Of a DNA stretch of 64,000 nt, positions 58,461-64,000 are shown in pieces. The translations under genes and the position numbers were made by a program. This stretch comes from Antechinus flavipes (Eukaryota). The stretch spans positions 342,426,001-342,490,000 of the forward strand of contig NC_067398.1 in NCBI RefSeq assembly GCF_016432865.1. The letters are read 5' to 3'. The notes under the pieces are model-generated. The model was given only the letters and a program-made list of their open reading frames with translations, had not been told where the DNA came from and ran no database searches. Within the stretch, counting starts at the first letter, position 1, and each line of letters begins with the position of its first letter.

Positions 58461-58850
58461 TTAAAGAGAGCTAATTCAATTTCAATTGATCAAGGAAGGA
58501 CAGAAGCAGCTACACCCAAAGAAAGAACACTGGGAAATGAATATAAACTGCTTGTATTTTTGTTTTTCTTCCCGGGTTATTTCTACCTTCTGAATCCAAT
58601 TCTCCCTGCACAACAAGAAAACTGTTCGGTTTTGCACACATATATTGTATCTAGGATATACTGTAACCTATTCAACATGAAAGGACTGCTTGCCATCTGG
58701 GGGAGGGGGTGGAGGGAGGGAGGGGAAAAATCGGAACAGAAGTGAGTGCAAAGGATAATGCTGTAAAAAATTACCCGGGCATGGGTTCTATCAATAAAAA
58801 GTTATTAAAAAAAAAAAAAAGGAATAGAATTGGAAGGGGAAAAAAAAAAA
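58461..58850 (+). mobile_element. Young 5'-truncated L1 with double poly(A) (putative 19-nt 3' transduction)
   Basis: TSD AGAAAATCACTATC at 58447-58460 and 58851-58864. A14 at 58807-58820, spacer GGAATAGAATTGGAAGGGG at 58821-58839, then a second A-run. Confidence 0.85.
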
Positions 58851-58987
58851 AGAAAATCACTATCCTTTGTAAACTAGCAGACAATAAATTCACAAACTAC
58901 CAATAGAGACAAGATATTTTGAGAATTCAAATTAATCCTATTGGACCTGGAGAGTTATAACAGATAAATTGATTTATATCTTCCCTG

Positions 58988-59230
58988 GGACAGTTAGGTA
59001 GTACAGTAGATAGAGTGCTGGACCTGCAAGCAAGAAGACCTGAGTTCAAATTCAGTCTCAGACACTTACTAGCCATGTGACCCTGGACAAGTAATTTAAC
59101 CTTGTGTGCCTCAGTTTCCTCATCTGTCAAATCAGCTGAAAAGGGAAATGGCAAATCACTCCAGTATCTTTGCTAAGAAAACCCCAAATGTGTCACAAAG
59201 AGTCAAACATGATTAAAATTCTGAACAACT
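58988..59230 (+). mobile_element. MAR1-like SINE
   Basis: GGACAGTTAGGTAGTACAGTAGATAGAGTGCTGG...GACCTGAGTTCAAAT...GCCTCAGTTTCCTCATCTGT...GAAATGGCAAATCACTCCAGTATCTTTG...CTGAACAAC. Confidence 0.8.
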
Positions 59231-59399
59231 ATATCATTCCTATTCTGCTTTGGCAGTTAGTTATACCAGAAGTTACTTTCTGTGAACAGAGAAAAAGATG
59301 AGTTTGCATCCTGTTAATGTTATTCAGTTATGAAAAGCATTCATTTTACCTGCCTATTCAATAGTCTTGAGAACATTAAAAATAAAATAATAATTGCAG

Positions 59400-60510
59400 G
59401 TAGTCTCGACTAGGCTTGTATCTGAAATAAATCATAAAAAAGGAAAAAGGATTCCCATATCTGCAAAAATGTTTGTAGCAGTCCTTTTTATAGCAAAGAA
59501 CTGGAAACTAGGTCGATGCCCATCTGTTGAATAAGTTAGGATACATGAATGTAATGGAATATTATTATTCCATAAGAAATATTCAGCAGAATGATTTCAG
59601 AAAGGCCTGGAAAGACTTACATGAACTGATGTGGAGTGAAGGGAGTAGAACCAAGAGAACATTGTACATTGTAGCAACAAAATTATACAGTGATCAATTC
59701 TGATGGATGTGGCCCTTTTCAACAGAGAGGTGATTCAGGCCAGTTCCAATGGTCTTGTGATAAAAAGAGCCATCTGCATCCAGAGAGAGCTCTGTGGGGA
59801 CTGAGTATGTATCACAACATAGTATTTTCAGGGTTTTTTGTTGTTGTTATTTGCTTGCATTTTGTTTTCTTTCCCATTTTTTCCTTTTTGATCTGATTTT
59901 TCTTGTGCAGCATGATAATTGTTGAAACATATATAGAAGAATTGCATGTATTTAACATATATTGGATTACTTGCCATCTAGGGGAAGGTGTGGGGAGAAG
60001 GGAGGGAGAAAAAAAATTTGGAACACAAGATTTTGTAAAGGTGAATGCTGAAAATTATCTAGGCATATATTTTGAAAATAAAAAGCTTTAAAAATTTTTT
60101 AAAAGAATAATTGCAGGATAATGCTTGTGTCAAAAACCTATCTATCAGAACCCATTAAAGAAGTTAAGAAGATATGATAATTGTTATAACAATAATATTC
60201 ATTATTATAATTAACATAGTGACTTCAATACTTAACACTACTAGGTACATAATAAGCACTTATTAAATGTTTATTGACTTTAAAATTTTTTAAATTTTAT
60301 TTCTGACTACACGTGTGTTAATTTTTAAATATACATTTCTTTATGAATTATGTTGGGAGAGAAAAAACAAGACAAGGGAAAAATCACAACAGAAGAAAAA
60401 AAAGTGAACATCGTATGTGTTGATTTACATTCAATCTTCATAGTTTTCTTTCTGGATGCAGATGACGTTTTCTACCCAAAGTTTATTGAGATTGCCTTGG
60501 ATTATTTATT
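59400..60510. mobile_element. Old L1 3'-end fragments (approx. 59400-60100 +, 60280-60510 -)
   Basis: L1 ORF2-end and 3' UTR motifs (GACTTACATGAACTGATG, GATCTGATTTTTCTTGTGCAGCATG). Confidence 0.7.
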
Positions 60511-61034
60511 GACATTTAATAATAACACACCTGTGTTTAGTTCTATAGCACTTTTCAATTTTCCCTTACCCAAAAATCCCTGTCACCTACATAGTGTAGT
60601 TTATTACCCTCCCCATTTTTTAAGAGTAGAAAACCAAACCCCATCTAAGGGATGTAACTTGTCCTTGTCACATAGCTAATGAGTGTTTGACTCCTGGATT
60701 TTGGACCAGAAAGTGGAGTATTCAGTGCTTAGAGGGAGGTTCCCTCTGATAGGGAACTCAACTCACCCTTTCATTCCACTTTTGAATAGCTCTAAGGTGA
60801 CAAAAGGATTTTGTTTTCTAAAATCTGCTCTTTTGTAGTTCCTAATTGGTCTAAGTTTTGCCCTCTGGACCAAAGGAAAGAAGTTGAATCTCCATTCCAC
60901 ATGACAAACTTTCAGCTGTTTGAAAAACTCTGAAAGCCATTCCCAAACTCCCCTCTTCCTTCTTGCCTCCTCTACCTCCATCTTCTTTTCTCTTATTGGC
61001 AATGTGATGGTAACAGATAATAACTGGGGTTGAG

Positions 61035-61950
61035 TAGGAGTTCTTAAACTTTTTCCACTTGTGACCCCTTTCTGACCAAGATATTTTTACGTGATCCTGG
61101 GCATATGGGTGTGAGGGATGTAGAAAATCCTTACCCAAAATGACTGTTCAAAGATCACTTAGTAGAAAGCAGAAAGATTGTTTATTAAAACCTGGAAGGT
61201 CCCATCATGAGATAAGAAAGAGAAAGCTTGTGGTAGGAGAGCTAAAGAATTAGTAAAAATATACAGCCTTTATAGGTTCTGTTACAAAGGATTACATCAT
61301 AAGTTGGGGAGCATTGAGAAATAAGTGCCCTCTCCCCTAATTGAATGTTAAACATTGGTGCCAAAGGCAGATTAGAATGGAATGCTTTATTTCCCTGATT
61401 CTTAGAGGAATCATCAATCAGATCTTCAAACTTCAGATTACTGAGCTGACATCATTTAAATTAATAGTCTAAATATTGATAACATTGAATAAGGATAAAT
61501 GTCATCATTTCTAGTTAAGTAAAATATCAAAAGTTTTAAGTAAATATTGGCTTGCACACACCGTACTTATGTAGGTCACAGAGACATAGAAATAATAAAA
61601 AATAAAATATAGAAAAAGAATTCATACATTCCTATAAGTTCTTCGCTTTATCTCTCTATTCCACACATGGGTATATAAAATAAGTATAAAAATCAAACAT
61701 TTACTTATAATAAATCTTAAAGAAGTTTATTTTAGAACAATTCTTTTATATACATATAATTTTGCCATTTACTAAATCCAAAAGCAAATTTGTATACTAA
61801 TGAAGTGGATGTGCTTGTTTATTTTTACATAAAGAATTAGATCTTGGTGGAATATTTGATACCTTTTACTGTTGTCAAGTTTTTCTAATCCTCCACATTT
61901 AGTTATTTGACTCCATATGGGTACTAGACCCACATCTTAAGACACTTTGA
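61035..61950. mobile_element. Degenerate hAT/Charlie-like DNA element, apparently interrupted by an LTR-like insert (approx. 61110-61560)
   Basis: Left end AGGAGTTCTTAAACTTTTT resembles Charlie-type TIRs, and the right end is CCCACATCTTAAGACACT. The internal segment has reverse AATAAA (TTTATT) and reverse TATA (TTTTATA). Confidence 0.4.
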
Positions 61951-62199
61951 GAGGACATGGGCATGCTTGTAGTATGTGTAATAGGGACCCAAACAATGAG
62001 TAATCCTTGGCAATGAAGTTCTTTATTAATTAATTTCAGAAGGATAAAAGAGCAAAACTGTCTTAAGACTTATCCCCATTATTGAAGGAACTCCAGCTTC
62101 TGGACTCTGAAGGGTAATTCTGTTATATAAGGGAACTTCATATATCAAGTTTTTTACAAGTGCTTCTGGTCCAGCCAAACCCTATTTCTGCTGACCAAA

Positions 62200-62790
62200 G
62201 AACCCTAGGGAAGCAGGAAGGAAAAGATGGATATCATTCTGAATATATGCAATCACAAAAAAAAAAAAACCTACTGATTAGAATGTGTGTTTTTAACAGG
62301 AAAAGAACTCATGTGTGCAAGAATTTTTGTAGCAACATTCTTTCTAGTAGCAAGAAACTGGAAATGGAGTGGATGCTCACTAACTGGGGAATGGCTGAAT
62401 AAGTTATGTATATGAATGTAATGGGATATTATTGTTCCATAAGAAATGATGAGCAGCTTGATTTCAGAAAAGCCTGGAAAAACTTACATGAACTAATGCT
62501 TAGTGAAGTGAGCGGAACCAAGAGAACATTGTACACAGTAACTGAAATTGTGTGACAATCAACTGTGATGGACTTGGATCTTTTCAGCACTGCAGTGATT
62601 CAAGACAATTCTAACAGACTTGGGATAGAAAATGCCATCTGCATCCAGAGAGAGAACTATGGAGATTGAATATGGATCAAAGCATACTATTTTCACCTTT
62701 TTTCATTTGTTTTTTCTTTCTTGTGCTTTTCTCCCTTTTTATTTGGTTTTTCTTGCACAACATAACAAATATGGAAATCTGTTAAAAAGG
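62200..62790 (+). mobile_element. Old L1 3' fragment
   Basis: ORF2 C-terminal motifs (AGCAAGAAACTGGAAATGG, GAATGTAATGGGATATTATTG, CTTACATGAACTAATG) followed by 3' UTR. Confidence 0.7.
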
Positions 62791-64000
62791 AAAAATTTGT
62801 ATTTCTAACTACAGAGTATGCAAGTCTGTGTACTTCTCTAATAATTATAATGATGATGATAATAGCTTACATTTACATAGCATATACTATGTACCAGGCA
62901 CTATGTTTTTATAGTTATTATCACTTTGTGATCCTCATAACAATCCTGGGAGGTAGATGCTATTATTATCCTCATTTTAAAGATGAGCAAATTGAGACAA
63001 ACCTAGAATAAGTGATAATAAGTGTCAGAAGCTAGGTTTGAACTTTTAAGTATTCCTGATTTCAGATCCAGTGTTCTATTCACTTCCCCATTTAGCTACC
63101 CTATACTTCACTATATTCTTGTATCTATCTGTGTGTATTCTTCTATATTTCTATGTCTGTATACCTCTCTGTGTTTGTGCTTGGATCAGTGTCTCTGGAC
63201 CAAGAGTAACCAGACTAAGACTTCTTCCTCTGTTGGTTTCCTGACAAAGGGCTATTCTGGGAGGAAGAAGGCAAATGTTTGAGGGCTAGAGGGCAAATAT
63301 TTAAGCTGTCCTGCTACTTCCCTGTGTGACAAAAGTCAGGTGGGGAGAACCCCTGGGCTTCTACCTCTTCCAGGGAATGGTCAAAGCTGAAATAGGAGGT
63401 TGTCATCCTGGTACAGCAGGCCCAGGCAGGCTAGTATTCCTGTACAACAGGGGAGAAGGCTGCCATTTCCCATCCTGTGTTCCCTGCTGAGATAGGGTCA
63501 AACGGCCCTTCTCCTGTCATGTGTCCAGACTCAAGGCTGTAGGAAGCACCCTTGCATGATATCAAGGGACCCTAGTCATGGGTCATGTAAGAAAGGGGGT
63601 ATAACAGGGTGTGGCCATCCTGAATCCTACTGTAATGACAGTGGGCCAAGGGACCTTAGAGAGGCCACAGACAGCCAGTTAGGAGCAGAGTTGAGACTAG
63701 AACCCATCTTTCCTTACTCCCAGTAAAGATCTTTCCTGCACACCTTTGCCTTACTAGCTATTAGTCACTGAATGGGTGTGGCCCAGTCAAACTGAGACCT
63801 TATATGGGAGAGATCACCCACTGCATCCTGGACTGTTGCTTATCTTCTTGATCTCCCTCTGATCACTGGACTCGAGGAGATTAAGGTTGCCTAAGCTTTA
63901 GCCTGTTCACAGACAGATCATCACACTGGTGCTATCATTGGGCTTCTTTGTAAACAAAGGAGGAAAGGGAATCACCACCACAAGAACTACTCATCCCAAA

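Overview
Mammalian (marsupial, probably dasyurid, inferred from its L1, SINE and OC1 repeat content) genomic window syntenic with human 16p13.3. Gene order: RPL3L (-, exons 1-8; 3' end lies before base 1) <-> NDUFB10 (+) >-< RPS2 (-, hosting one SNORA64/SNORA10-family snoRNA) <-> SNHG9-like host RNA with SNORA78 (+), RNF151 (+), TBL3 (+) >-< NOXO1 (-). After NOXO1 come a 290-N gap and about 14 kb of repeat-rich DNA with no recognisable gene. Coding exons of the six protein genes were walked by hand with GT/AG junctions and an intact frame (the 3-nt ATG exons of RPL3L and RNF151 are inferred). I see no convincing wholly new biological system. The best leads are: an OC1-type (horizontally transferred family) hAT MITE; a triple-nested L1 with all three target-site duplications intact; an L1 with a short 3' transduction; a double-TATA/double-TOP bidirectional RPS2/SNHG9 promoter; an unannotated H/ACA-like fold in RPS2 intron 6; two candidate microprotein ORFs (divergent at the TBL3 promoter, and in SNHG9 exon 2); and differences in NOXO1 linker length and splice sites. 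All identifications rest on recalled reference sequences; no database searches were run.
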